The notes beneath the pieces are model-generated. The model made no database searches. It was not told the DNA's origin and was given only the letters and a program-made list of their open reading frames with translations. Of a stretch of 64,000 nucleotides of DNA, positions 1 to 8,926 are shown piece by piece. Both the position numbers and the translations under genes were made by a program. Source of the DNA: an uncultured Acidobacteriota bacterium (GTDB taxonomy: Bacteria > Acidobacteriota > Vicinamibacteria > Vicinamibacterales > JAKQTR01); the NCBI GenBank assembly GCA_963843385.1, contig CAWJJY010000007.1:1974028-2038027 (forward strand), read 5' to 3'. Every line of letters starts with the position of its first letter. Within the stretch, counting starts at the first letter, position 1.

Positions 1-2354
1 ACGTCGGGAACGTCAACGAATTCGCGTTCGACAAAACCGGCAAGTTCCTGGCCTGGACCGTCGACGCTGCCGACAAACTGGGCAACGGCCTCGAACTGCG
101 CACGATGGAGTCCGGAACGGTCGTGGCGCTCGACAGCGGGAAGGCGTCGTTCGAGCGCCTGGCCTGGACCGAATCCGGCGACGCGCTCGCCGTCCTCAAG
201 GGCACCGAGGACAAGCGCTACAAGGACAAGGTCTACGCGGTCGTCGGCTTCACCGGCTTCGGCGCGTCCCGGCCCGCAAAGGTCGTCTACGACCCGGCCA
301 CCGACAAGACGTTCCCCGAGGGAATGGCGATCAGCCCGAACCGGACTCCGACCTGGACCGAAAGCCTCGACGCGATCCTCTTCGGCCTCCGGGAGCCGAA
401 GAAGGCCGATCCGAAACCGGGTGCGAAGCCCGGCGACAAGCCGGACGAGAGTGCAGGGGCCAAGCCCGCGCCGGCCACGCCGCCCGCCGCGGCGGCAGAG
501 GACGCCGAGGACAAGCCCGACCTGGTGATCTGGCACTACAAGGATCCGCGCCTCCAGTCGCAGCAGATCGTGCAGGAGGCGATGGACAAGAACTTCAGTT
601 ACCTGTCGATCTTCCGCGTCAAGGAGAAGAAGTTCATCCGCCTCGCCGACGACACCGTCCGGACCGTCGTGCCGGCACCAAAAGAACGGTTTGCGATCGG
701 CCAGGACCTGCGCGACTACGAGCTGCAGGGCAATCTCGACGGCCTCCGTTATTCGGACGTCTACCTCATCAACCTGCAGACCGGCGAACGGAAACTCGCG
801 CTGAAGAAGGCACGGAACATGGGACAGCCGTCGCCCGACGGCTCGAAGTTCTACTACTACGCAGATGGCCACTACTTCGCGTATGACATGGTCTCGGGAC
901 AGTCATCGAACCTGACGAAGACCGTTCCGATGTCGTTTGTCGACACCGAGGACGACCACAACATGATCAAGCCGCCCCGGCCGGCACTGGGCTGGACCAA
1001 GGACGGCGACGCGGTGCTGCTCTCGGACGGTTGGGACATCTGGAAAGTGCCGGTCAACCTCAGCGCGGCTGTGAACCTGACGGCCAACGGCACGAAGGAT
1101 GGCGTCCGGTACCGACGCGTGCTCCGCCTGGATCCCGACGAAAAGGGCATCGACCTGTCGGTTCCGCGCTATGTCGACATGTTCGGCGAATACACCAAGA
1201 AGGGCGGCATCGGGCGGATCGCCCCGGGCAAGCCGGGCGTGCAGCCGCTGCTCTGGGACGACGCCGCGTTCAGCGTGCTGAAGGCCAGGAAGTCGGATGT
1301 CTACCTCTATACCAGGTCGACACCCAGCAGTCCGGCCGACTACTACGCGACCGACTCTGGGCTGAAGCCCGGAAGGAAGATTACCGCGCTCGACGGACAG
1401 GTGAAGAGCTTCCTGTGGTCCGGCGGCGCGCAGATCATCAGCTACACGGCCACACTCGGCAAGGGCGGGCCCACCCGGAAGCTGCAGGGGTCGCTCTACC
1501 TCCCGGCCAACTACGAGAAGGGGAAGACCTATCCGACGCTCGTCTACATCTACGAGAAGCTGACGCAGGGCCACAACCAGTTCAGCGGCCCGAGCGCCAA
1601 CGGCTTCAACAAGACGGTCTACACGAGCAACGGCTACGCGGTCCTCATGCCGGACATCGTCTACAAGGTGAACGACCCGGGGATGTCGGCGGTGTGGTGC
1701 CTGACCGCGGCGGTGAAGGCGGCCATCGCGACCGGCGTGGTCGATCCGAAGCACATCGGCCTGCAGGGGCATTCGTGGGGCGGCTATCAGACCGCGTTCA
1801 CGGTGACGCAAACCGATCTGTTCGCGGCGGCGATCGCCGGGGCGCCGTTGACGAACATGGTCAGCATGTACAGCCTGATCTACAAGAACACGGGCGGCAC
1901 CAACCAGGCGATCTTCGAGAGCAGCCAGGGACGCTTCTACGGTGGCTACTGGGACAACTGGGAGGCGTATGTCCGCAATTCACCGGTGAACTTCGCGAAG
2001 AACGTGAAGACGCCGCTCGTCATTCTCCACAACGACAAGGATGGCGCCGTCGATTTCACACAGGGCGTGGAGTACTTCAATACGCTCCGGCGCCTCGGCA
2101 AACCGGTGGTCATGCTGGAGTACCCGGGTGAGAACCACGGGCTGGCCAAGCCTGCGAACCAGCAGGACTACACCGTCCGGATGAAGGAGTTCTTCGATTA
2201 CCACCTGATGGGCAAGCCCGCGCCCGACTGGTGGACAAGCGGCGTGCCTCGCCTGCAGATGGACGACTACATCAAGGCGCGGCTCGACGCGCAGAAGAAG
2301 AAGGCAGCACCGGAGGCACCGGCCAAGCCGGCGAAGGCGGAAGACAAGAAGTAG
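1..2354 (+). CDS. S9-family serine peptidase (prolyl oligopeptidase / dipeptidyl-peptidase-like); 5' end cut by the window edge
   Basis: The frame is open from nt 3 (VGNVNEFAFDKTGKFLAWTVD...), so the ORF-track Met at 105 is internal. C-terminal alpha/beta-hydrolase signatures are GLQGHSWGGYQ (GxSxGG nucleophile elbow), HNDKDGAVD and PGENHGL. Stop TAG at 2352-2354. Confidence 0.85.
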   Translation, partial: VGNVNEFAFDKTGKFLAWTVDAADKLGNGLELRTMESGTVVALDSGKASFERLAWTESGDALAVLKGTEDKRYKDKVYAVVGFTGFGASRPAKVVYDPATDKTFPEGMAISPNRTPTWTESLDAILFGLREPKKADPKPGAKPGDKPDESAGAKPAPATPPAAAAEDAEDKPDLVIWHYKDPRLQSQQIVQEAMDKNFSYLSIFRVKEKKFIRLADDTVRTVVPAPKERFAIGQDLRDYELQGNLDGLRYSDVYLINLQTGERKLALKKARNMGQPSPDGSKFYYYADGHYFAYDMVSGQSSNLTKTVPMSFVDTEDDHNMIKPPRPALGWTKDGDAVLLSDGWDIWKVPVNLSAAVNLTANGTKDGVRYRRVLRLDPDEKGIDLSVPRYVDMFGEYTKKGGIGRIAPGKPGVQPLLWDDAAFSVLKARKSDVYLYTRSTPSSPADYYATDSGLKPGRKITALDGQVKSFLWSGGAQIISYTATLGKGGPTRKLQGSLYLPANYEKGKTYPTLVYIYEKLTQGHNQFSGPSANGFNKTVYTSNGYAVLMPDIVYKVNDPGMSAVWCLTAAVKAAIATGVVDPKHIGLQGHSWGGYQTAFTVTQTDLFAAAIAGAPLTNMVSMYSLIYKNTGGTNQAIFESSQGRFYGGYWDNWEAYVRNSPVNFAKNVKTPLVILHNDKDGAVDFTQGVEYFNTLRRLGKPVVMLEYPGENHGLAKPANQQDYTVRMKEFFDYHLMGKPAPDWWTSGVPRLQMDDYIKARLDAQKKKAAPEAPAKPAKAEDKK

Positions 2355-2415
2355 GTTACAGGTTACAGGTTACAGGTTACAGGCGACAGGCGACAGGTGC
2401 AGGTGACAGGCGACT
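2354..2415. repeat. Imperfect tandem heptanucleotide repeat of about 9 units: (GGTTACA)x4 (GGCGACA)x2 GGTGCA GGTGACA GGCGACT
   Basis: Read directly. The units start at the G of the peptidase stop codon (2354) and run head-to-tail to 2415, in the gap between two convergent genes. Confidence 0.95.
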
Positions 2416-2464
2416 GGCTTCAGGACCGGAGCCTGACGGCTGAACACTCACCGTCGGTCGCGTC

Positions 2465-2528
2465 CTACGCCCCTGGGGGCACGATCTCGATCCGGATCGC
2501 GGGTAGCGTGAGGAGTTGCACGGGCCGG
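2465..2528 (-). repeat. Degenerate duplicate of the last ~64 nt (including the stop) of the 2604..4931 gene
   Basis: 2465-2528 aligns to 2604-2667 with about 5 mismatches (CTACGCCCCTGGGGGCACGATCTCGATCCGGATCGCGGGTAGCGTGAGGAGTTGCACGGGCCGG versus CTACGCCCCCGGCGGCACAATCTCGATCGGGATCGCGGGTAGCGTGAGGAGTTGCACGCGCCGG). Both copies translate to ...QLLTLPAI(R/P)IEIVPPGA*. Confidence 0.85.
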
Positions 2529-2544
2529 GTCTGAAGACCCGGCC
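2523..2544 (-). terminator. GC-rich hairpin GGCCGGGTC-TGAA-GACCCGGCC, a possible U-tract-less terminator of the 2604..4931 gene
   Basis: Perfect 9-bp stem with a 4-nt loop, 60 nt downstream of the stop at 2604. It abuts the duplicated 3'-end copy. No T/U run follows on either strand. Confidence 0.3.
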
Positions 2545-2603
2545 TCCGCGCGACGTCGACACCGCCGAGCGCCGATAGCCGCAGGCCACGAGCCGACAGG
2601 GAT

Positions 2604-4931
2604 CTACGCCCCCGGCGGCACAATCTCGATCGGGATCGCGGGTAGCGTGAGGAGTTGCACGCGCCGGCGAACCGCACCGGCCGGAGCGGTTGGCGGCGGC
2701 ACGCGCTCGCCAGACACGGTCACAATCAGATTTCCGCGGAAGCCGGGCTTGGTCTTGCCGGCCTCCGCCTGGAGGACGAACTCCGCTCCGGGCCCGGTGA
2801 GCGCGAGAGCCGTGAGCGCGATCCCATCGGGCGGTTCGCTCAGCTCGAACTGAATCTTCTCGAACGTCCGGATCCCGGGCGGGATGGTGACTCGAACACG
2901 CACCGAACCGCCGGCGGGCACTTTCAAAGGCTGCGGTCCAATGAGCCGGGCCGGGATCCGCGTCGCGCCGCGCGCCACCACCGACACCCTCAGGTCGTCG
3001 GTCGACGGCACGAGGTGCCAGTACGCGAACGCCTGCATCATGTTCTCGGAGGCGGCGGCTCGCCGCACGACAGGCTTCCCCTGAACCATTGCGCGCCCTT
3101 CGACGGCCACAGCCTGCGGTTCCTTCTGAGGTCTGACGGGCACGCTCAGGGTGAGCCGCACGGAATCCTGTCCGCCCGGGATGACGCCTCCGCTCAATTC
3201 GTACCCCTCCGGCGCGTCCTTCAGGCCAAGGACGATGTCGCCGGACCATCCATCCTTCCTGATCGCGAAGACCGTGACGGGGACCGAAGCGCCCGCGCCG
3301 GCGTTGATCGCGGACGGCGCGATGCGCAGGTCGAAATCAGGCTGCGGAGCGCTGACCCGGAGCCGGTACGCATACTCGGGACCGCCCTTGCGCTGCGTGT
3401 CCCACAGGCGCAGCACATACGTGCCGCTCGAGGGCAGCTTCGCCTTCAGGTACGAGTCCGCCTGGTGCGTGACGAGCCCTGCACCCTTGTCTTCGAAGTC
3501 GTCGTTGAAGGCCACTCGCGTTCCCGCGGGATCGATCAGTTCGACCGAAGAGTCGAGGGGCGATCCCAGGCGCCGCGCCGAAACTTCCGCGACGATCTGT
3601 TCGCCGGCACGCCCGTCGAATCGAAAGAGATCCACGTCGCCGGGCTGCTGGATGCGTCCGTTGGCGATGACCGGCAGTGACAGCTTCTGCGCATCCTTCG
3701 GAGCGTCGTTCGATTCTCTCTCGAACACCTCTGGCAGCGAGTCGAGCGCGAACGGCACGCGGTTGGACACGGCGATGCCTCGATGCATCGACAGCAACGC
3801 CGTCGACGGCCCGGCGCCCGACGCGTCCATCGTCAGCCTGTTGCTCGGGAGATTCCAGCCGATGACCTCCACCGGGGTGTTCGACCTGGATGGCCCGCCG
3901 AGAGGATAGATGGAGGTCACAAACGGCAGCTCGCCGATCGAGATGCGATACACGAAGTCTTCCCGTCCCCGGTACAGCGCGTCCCTGATCTCGAGGACAT
4001 ACTCGCCGTCGCTCGGAACATGAAAGTGAACGACCGGATCGACCTGGAACCGGAAGTCGTCGTCGTACGCCACTTCCCTGCCGCGAACATCGAAGAGGGC
4101 GAGCGTCGCCTGGAACCAGCCCGGCACCGCGTCGGCGAGATAGGGCATCAGCTCGCGGGCGCTGGCTGCAATGACGAGGTCCTGTCCTTTCCGCGCAGTG
4201 AAGCGGTATCGATCCACGTCACCCGGGGCGTACTGCTGGCCCTGGCGCAACGGGGCCTGCACGCGATCCGAATCGCCGGGAATCATCCGTCCGTTGACCG
4301 TGGCGGGCAGCGCGATGGTCAACTCGGTGTCGGCCCTGGTGGCCTTGAGTTCCTTCTCGCTGAACTCCGGCAACTGGCCGACGGCGAACACGAGCGGCTC
4401 GGTCAGCCCGAGCGGCGTCGCGAGCCTGAGATGGCGCATGCCGGGTTCTGTGTCCGCCGCGACGGTCACCTCGAGCGTGACGTACTCCGCGATCATGGGG
4501 TTCGCGTTGCGCCTCAGGGACTCGCCCATGCGCAGCCGCAGATCCTGCGCTTCCTTCCGGCTCGCGGGATCGGCCGGCGCTTTCTTGACGAGCGCCTGGA
4601 GTTTCTCCCGGAGGTCGTTGATCTGCATCATGGTCATCGGCTTGTTGTGCTCGATGACCTTGGCCGAGACACCGCGACCGGAGATCATGGCGCCTGCCAC
4701 CCCGTCGAGGAAGCGGCCGCCAACCTTCACCTGGCACGTCGTTCCCACCTGGGCTCCAGCCGGGTAGACATAGCCGACGTGCGGCATGTTCTGCTGCTGT
4801 TGCTGGGCGATGAGCGCGGGCGAGATCAGGAGCGCCGCGATCAGGCAGGCGCCGGCCCGTTCACCGGCCAGGACGGCCGGCCCGGCTCGACGTCCTTTCG
4901 CTCGCGTCAGGCACGATCGGAATGTCTTCAT
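2604..4931 (-). CDS. Secreted protein with two pre-peptidase C-terminal (PPC)-like domains; third gene of a DUF1549/DUF1553-DUF1501 cassette
   Basis: 775-aa ORF with a signal-like N-terminus (ACLIAALLISPALIAQQ). PPC-type modules include ESNDAPKDAQKLSLPVIANGRIQQPGDVDLFRFDGRAGE...NDDFED and PGDVDRYRFTARKGQDL...YDDDFRF. The ATG at 4931 lies 10 nt after the stop of the upstream gene. Confidence 0.7.
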   Translation of the reverse strand: MKTFRSCLTRAKGRRAGPAVLAGERAGACLIAALLISPALIAQQQQQNMPHVGYVYPAGAQVGTTCQVKVGGRFLDGVAGAMISGRGVSAKVIEHNKPMTMMQINDLREKLQALVKKAPADPASRKEAQDLRLRMGESLRRNANPMIAEYVTLEVTVAADTEPGMRHLRLATPLGLTEPLVFAVGQLPEFSEKELKATRADTELTIALPATVNGRMIPGDSDRVQAPLRQGQQYAPGDVDRYRFTARKGQDLVIAASARELMPYLADAVPGWFQATLALFDVRGREVAYDDDFRFQVDPVVHFHVPSDGEYVLEIRDALYRGREDFVYRISIGELPFVTSIYPLGGPSRSNTPVEVIGWNLPSNRLTMDASGAGPSTALLSMHRGIAVSNRVPFALDSLPEVFERESNDAPKDAQKLSLPVIANGRIQQPGDVDLFRFDGRAGEQIVAEVSARRLGSPLDSSVELIDPAGTRVAFNDDFEDKGAGLVTHQADSYLKAKLPSSGTYVLRLWDTQRKGGPEYAYRLRVSAPQPDFDLRIAPSAINAGAGASVPVTVFAIRKDGWSGDIVLGLKDAPEGYELSGGVIPGGQDSVRLTLSVPVRPQKEPQAVAVEGRAMVQGKPVVRRAAASENMMQAFAYWHLVPSTDDLRVSVVARGATRIPARLIGPQPLKVPAGGSVRVRVTIPPGIRTFEKIQFELSEPPDGIALTALALTGPGAEFVLQAEAGKTKPGFRGNLIVTVSGERVPPPTAPAGAVRRRVQLLTLPAIPIEIVPPGA

Positions 4932-4941
4932 GCGTCTTCGC

Positions 4942-6252
4942 CTACATGATCTCCATCAGCCGTCCATCGGACCGGCCTGATTCAGCACGTGTCGGCGCCA
5001 GGTGGACGTCCAACCCCTCCGGGTTGGGCAGCGTGGCTTCGGGATCGAGGCCCAGCAGTTCGTACAGGCTGGTGATGACGTCTTCCGGGTAGACGGGGCG
5101 GTCGGTCACCTGCTCGCCCCTGGCGTCGGTCGCCCCGATCACCCGCCCGCCCTTGAAGCCTCCCCCGGCCAGCACGGCCGAGAAGGCGGAGCCCCAGTGC
5201 CCGCGCCCGCCATTCCACGGGGCTTCCCACATGATCTTCGGTGTCCGGCCGAACTCACCGCTCCACCACACGATGGTGTTGTCGAGGAGGCCGCGCTCGG
5301 CGAGGTCCAGCAGCAGCGTCGCCATGCCACGGTCCATCTGGGGCAGGCGCTGGCGCATGGTCTGGAAATGCTGCTTGTGGGTGTCCCAGCCCTTGTAGTT
5401 GATCGTGACATACGGCACGCCGCGCTCGACCAGGCGTCGTGCGGCCAGGCACGACTGTCCGAACGTGTTGCGCCCGTAGCGCTCGCGCATCTCGTTGGTT
5501 TCCTGGGTGAGATCGAAGACCTTGCCCGCGTCGCCGAGGATGAGCTCGTAGGCCTGGTCTTCGGCCTGCGTGAACGCCTGGATCTGCGGGCTCGCCTTGA
5601 GGGCGTTGCCAAAGATGTTGAGCTGGTGGAGCAGGTCGCGCCGATCCCGCTGACGCTGTTCCGTGATGCCGGGGGTCACGACACCCTGCACCGCGAACGG
5701 TGTCTGTTGCGGGTCCCCGCCGGTCGCAAAGGGCGCGTAGCGAGGCCCCAGGAAACCGGACTCCGAGAAGCGCCCCTGCAGATCCTCCAGCACGACGTAA
5801 GGGGGAATCAGCCCGTTGTATCCAGCGTTGTAGCCCTTGAAAAGTGACACGACGGCGCCAACGCCCGGGTAGACCAGCCGGTCGCCGGGCTTGCGGCCGG
5901 TTTGAACCCAATAGGCGGCCGTCTCATGCGCATTGATGCCGTGGGTCATGCTGCGGATGATCGAGTACTTGTCCGCCTGCTTCGCCAGCATCGGCAGCAG
6001 CTCACCCACACGGACCCCGTCCACGTTGGTGGGAATCGGCGGACCGAGCGGACCGTGATAGTCGGATCCCGCATCAGGCTTGGGGTCAAACGTGTCGATG
6101 TGACACGGTCCTCCCCACATCCAGATCTGGATCACGGCCTTCGCCCGAGCCGGCTTCGCCGTCATGGCGCGGAGGCGAAGACGGTCGGCCAGCAGCATCG
6201 AGGCCGCGCCCACCACTCCCCCGCAGATTGCTTCCCGCCTCGTGACGATCAT
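4942..6252 (-). CDS. DUF1501 domain-containing protein (sulfatase-fold, Tat-type N-terminus)
   Basis: Motifs IWMWGGPCHIDTFDPKPDAG, VTINYKGWDTH and NGGRGHWGSAFSAVLAGGG. The N-terminus MIVTRREAICGGVVGAASML resembles a twin-arginine signal. Start placed at ATG 6250-6252 rather than the ORF-track 6285. Confidence 0.85.
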   Translation of the reverse strand: MIVTRREAICGGVVGAASMLLADRLRLRAMTAKPARAKAVIQIWMWGGPCHIDTFDPKPDAGSDYHGPLGPPIPTNVDGVRVGELLPMLAKQADKYSIIRSMTHGINAHETAAYWVQTGRKPGDRLVYPGVGAVVSLFKGYNAGYNGLIPPYVVLEDLQGRFSESGFLGPRYAPFATGGDPQQTPFAVQGVVTPGITEQRQRDRRDLLHQLNIFGNALKASPQIQAFTQAEDQAYELILGDAGKVFDLTQETNEMRERYGRNTFGQSCLAARRLVERGVPYVTINYKGWDTHKQHFQTMRQRLPQMDRGMATLLLDLAERGLLDNTIVWWSGEFGRTPKIMWEAPWNGGRGHWGSAFSAVLAGGGFKGGRVIGATDARGEQVTDRPVYPEDVITSLYELLGLDPEATLPNPEGLDVHLAPTRAESGRSDGRLMEIM

Positions 6253-6330
6253 CTCGCTCTCCAGACCTCCGCGCCACTCGCCCAACTGATCCGTCTCGCC
6301 CGCGCGGCGACGGCCACGCTCGCCGGTGTG

Positions 6331-7914
6331 TCAGTGCCGGTACCGGAACTCCGCCGTGTTGAGCAGGGCCCACGCGAGATCCACGGCGGCCTGACGCCTG
6401 TTCCCGCCGGTTGCCGACATGCGGCCAGCCACGGTCTTCAATTCCTCGTCGGTCGGAAGCCGCGAGAGGATCGTCAGGTAGAGCCGCGTGACGACCTGCC
6501 GAGGGTCTGGCCCGCCCTGGAGGAGCGCGGTCAACTTCGGGCCCTGCTGGATCTTGCGCTGAATTTCGCCGCCGTTCAGAAGGTAGAGCCGCTGGGCCGA
6601 GGTCGGCCGGCTGCTGCGCTCGGAGGCGAGACCCGAATCCCGAGGCGCCTTGCCGAACGCCTCCAGGAACGCGCTCGTAATGCTGCCGTCACCGATCGCG
6701 ATGGATCGCGTTTCGGGTGGAACGAACGTGTAGGGCTCGGGAATCGCGCTCTGATACTGTTCCGACATCCCGGTGATCTGGTTGATCGCGTCGATCAGCA
6801 CCTCCGCGTCGAGCGGGCGCAGGATGGCGAATGCGAAGTTGGCCTCGGCCGCCGGGTTGGTACTCCGCGAGAGAGTCGACAGTTGATAGGTGGTCGAGTT
6901 CGCGATCAGCCGATAGACGTGCTTCAGGTCATAACGCGAGCTGACGAGTTCGCGCTCGAGGTACGCCAGGAGGTCGGGATTGACCGGCGGGTTGTCCGGA
7001 CGGATGTCGTCGGGCTCGTGCACGATGCCGCGCCCCATCAGCCAGCACCAGACTCGATTGACCGCCGTGCGGGCGAACCACGGGTTGGTCGGGGTGAGAA
7101 GCCACGCCGTGAACGCCTCGCGCGGATCCTGGCCCGGCTGAATCCGCCCCGAGGTGCCGTCCGGAAAGACGGCAGCACGCGGCCCTCCGGCTCCCGGCCC
7201 GGTCATGCTCCTGCTCTGATCGAAGAAGACGATCTCCTCTTTCCACTCTCTGGTCGCCTTGTAGCCGATCTGCGAGAAGAACACGGACATGTCCGCCAGG
7301 CGCTCCTTCGGCCACTTCTCGGCTCGCGTCCCCATGAAGGTCAGCGCCACGGTCGAGGCCATGGAGGCCGAATCCTTGCTCTGCACCGCGCGGTAGAAGT
7401 TGACCGGAGGAACCCGGAAGTTGCTCCCGCTTTGCGTGAGCAGTTCGCGCGCGAACCGGTCGTAGGGCATGTTGTCGCTGACGGCAGCCCGGATCCAGTG
7501 GTGGTAAGCCTGGACCGCATTGGGCCACAGGTTGATCGGGAACTCGGACTTGACGCGAAGCACGTCGCCCCACTTCATGGCCCAGTAGTCGGCAAATTCC
7601 TCGCGCTCCAGCAGCCGGTCGACCAGGACCCCGCGCTTGTTCGCCGCCTGATCTTCGATGAACGCCGTGGCCTCGTCCAAGGTGGGAAGCGTGCCGATGA
7701 GGTCGAGGTACGCCCGGCGTACGAACACCGCATCGGAGCACACATTGGCGGGCTGGATGTTCAGCTGTTTGAGTTTCGCGAACACGAGCTCGTCGATCTT
7801 GTTCCTGGGCGACGGGCTGCCCGGGTTTTCGAACGGCTCCTGGGCCGACGCCGGAGACAAGAGCCCGCAGACGGCGCTGAGCAGGACGACGGCAGCTGTC
7901 GGCAGCGTCCTCAT
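6331..7914 (-). CDS. DUF1549 + DUF1553 domain-containing protein (planctomycete PSD1-type, no cytochrome c module seen)
   Basis: From ATG 7912-7914 the protein starts with a signal peptide, MRTLPTAAVVLLSAVCGLLSPASAQE. DUF1549-like block: YLDLIGTLPTLDEATAFIEDQ...EEFADYWAMKWGDVLRV. DUF1553-like block: NPWFARTAVNRVWCWLMGRGIV. It sits upstream of the DUF1501 gene, as in the classical pair. Confidence 0.85.
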   Translation of the reverse strand: MRTLPTAAVVLLSAVCGLLSPASAQEPFENPGSPSPRNKIDELVFAKLKQLNIQPANVCSDAVFVRRAYLDLIGTLPTLDEATAFIEDQAANKRGVLVDRLLEREEFADYWAMKWGDVLRVKSEFPINLWPNAVQAYHHWIRAAVSDNMPYDRFARELLTQSGSNFRVPPVNFYRAVQSKDSASMASTVALTFMGTRAEKWPKERLADMSVFFSQIGYKATREWKEEIVFFDQSRSMTGPGAGGPRAAVFPDGTSGRIQPGQDPREAFTAWLLTPTNPWFARTAVNRVWCWLMGRGIVHEPDDIRPDNPPVNPDLLAYLERELVSSRYDLKHVYRLIANSTTYQLSTLSRSTNPAAEANFAFAILRPLDAEVLIDAINQITGMSEQYQSAIPEPYTFVPPETRSIAIGDGSITSAFLEAFGKAPRDSGLASERSSRPTSAQRLYLLNGGEIQRKIQQGPKLTALLQGGPDPRQVVTRLYLTILSRLPTDEELKTVAGRMSATGGNRRQAAVDLAWALLNTAEFRYRH

Positions 7915-8060
7915 GAGGCAGCCCGCGCAAGGACATCGCCGTCTCCCGGCGACGTGTCGAACAACTGTTCGAGACTCCCTACCGCGCACGGGCCGGCGAT
8001 GGCGACGACCTCCCTGCCCCCGGTATCGCCCCCGCGCACGCGGACAACCGTGTTGACAGG
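7911..8060 (-). pseudogene. Remnant of the 5' end of a type I-beta DAHP synthase (or KDO8P synthase)-like gene, about 45 codons
   Basis: ORF 7911..8309(-) ends ...PVNTVVRVRGGDTGGREVVAIAGPCAVGSLEQLFDTSPG.... This matches the N-terminal signature of 3-deoxy-7-phosphoheptulonate synthases (..V.V....G.....VIAGPCSVES.EQ). The frame stops about 15 codons later in an ATGA overlap with the DUF1549 start. No further DAHPS-like sequence is present. Confidence 0.35.
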
Positions 8061-8311
8061 CCGTGCCTCGCGCGGGTAGTGGGTCAGTTTGCTCCGCGGC
8101 CCCTCGAACCGAGCCGCCGAGGCGTCAGTTCGCAAATCGAGCCGTGAGGGCCGAGTCACGCTGCCGGGGCTGGGGGCCCCCGGGATCGTCAGGTCAGCTA
8201 CGAGTCCCGGAAGGCTCGATTTGCCGGCGAGTGTGAGCGGGGACGCGGAGCAAACTGATCCACTACCCGCGCGCGATGCCAACCGAAGTGCCTGGGTGAT
8301 GAGAATCAACG

Positions 8312-8926
8312 TCAGGATCGTCCAAGGCCGCGGCCGCGCGGGATGATGGCGATGGCCTCGATCTCGATCAGCAGGTCCTCCCGGCAGAGCCGGGCCTGGA
8401 TGCCCGTGCTGGCCGGAAGGGGATCAAGACCGAGCCAACCGAAGAACGCCGTGCGCACCTCGTTGAAGTCCTTGTAGTCCCGCTCGATGTCGCGAAGGTA
8501 GCAGGTCGTCCGGACGATGTCGTGCCAGGTGGCCTGTTCCGATTCGAGCAGCGCCGTGATGTTCCGGTAGGTCCGCCACAGCTGGGCGCGGAAATCGCCG
8601 ACGTGCCTGGTCAAGCCCGCGTCGTCGATGCTCGCCGTCCCGGAAATCATGAGCATCGTCTTGTCGCCGATGTCGAAGCGCAGGCCGCGAGAGAACGAGG
8701 ACGGCCGCGCGTAGTCGTAAGCCTCGTTGAGAACGGACTCCGCCCGGATGGCCCGCTTTTCAATCGGGCGATCGGCCACCTCGCCAGCCGGGACGGGCGG
8801 AGCCTCGAGAACACCGCCTTCCCTGGTGAGGATTCCAAGTGCCGCCATTTCTTCACCTTCCGCCTCGGAATGCACCCGCAGCACGCGGGCAGGCGCTTTG
8901 GTGCTCTCCATGGTCGTCGATGGCAT
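8312..8926 (-). CDS. RidA/YjgF-superfamily protein with a ~70-aa N-terminal extension (possibly FkbO/Hyg5/XanB2 chorismatase-like)
   Basis: LMISGTASIDDAGLTRHVGDFRAQLWRTYRNITALLESEQATWHDIVRTTCYLRDIERDYKDFNEV...PASTGIQARL...LIEIEAIAI is the YjgF/RidA-fold core. The SGTASI..G....GD...Q....NI..LL pattern is also what I recall for chorismatases. Confidence 0.7.
   Translation of the reverse strand: MPSTTMESTKAPARVLRVHSEAEGEEMAALGILTREGGVLEAPPVPAGEVADRPIEKRAIRAESVLNEAYDYARPSSFSRGLRFDIGDKTMLMISGTASIDDAGLTRHVGDFRAQLWRTYRNITALLESEQATWHDIVRTTCYLRDIERDYKDFNEVRTAFFGWLGLDPLPASTGIQARLCREDLLIEIEAIAIIPRGRGLGRS

Noticed and set aside
2354-2415. Could the tandem repeats be a CRISPR array or part of a mobile element?
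   Set aside because: The units are 7 nt, directly abutting with no spacers. There are no cas genes, no flanking inverted repeats and no transposase. It is a microsatellite-like array.
2465-2677. 70-aa ORF on the minus strand spanning the duplicated gene end
   Set aside because: It merely reads from inside the 3' end of the 2604..4931 gene, in another register, through the spacer into the duplicated tail. It is explained by the duplication rather than by a gene.
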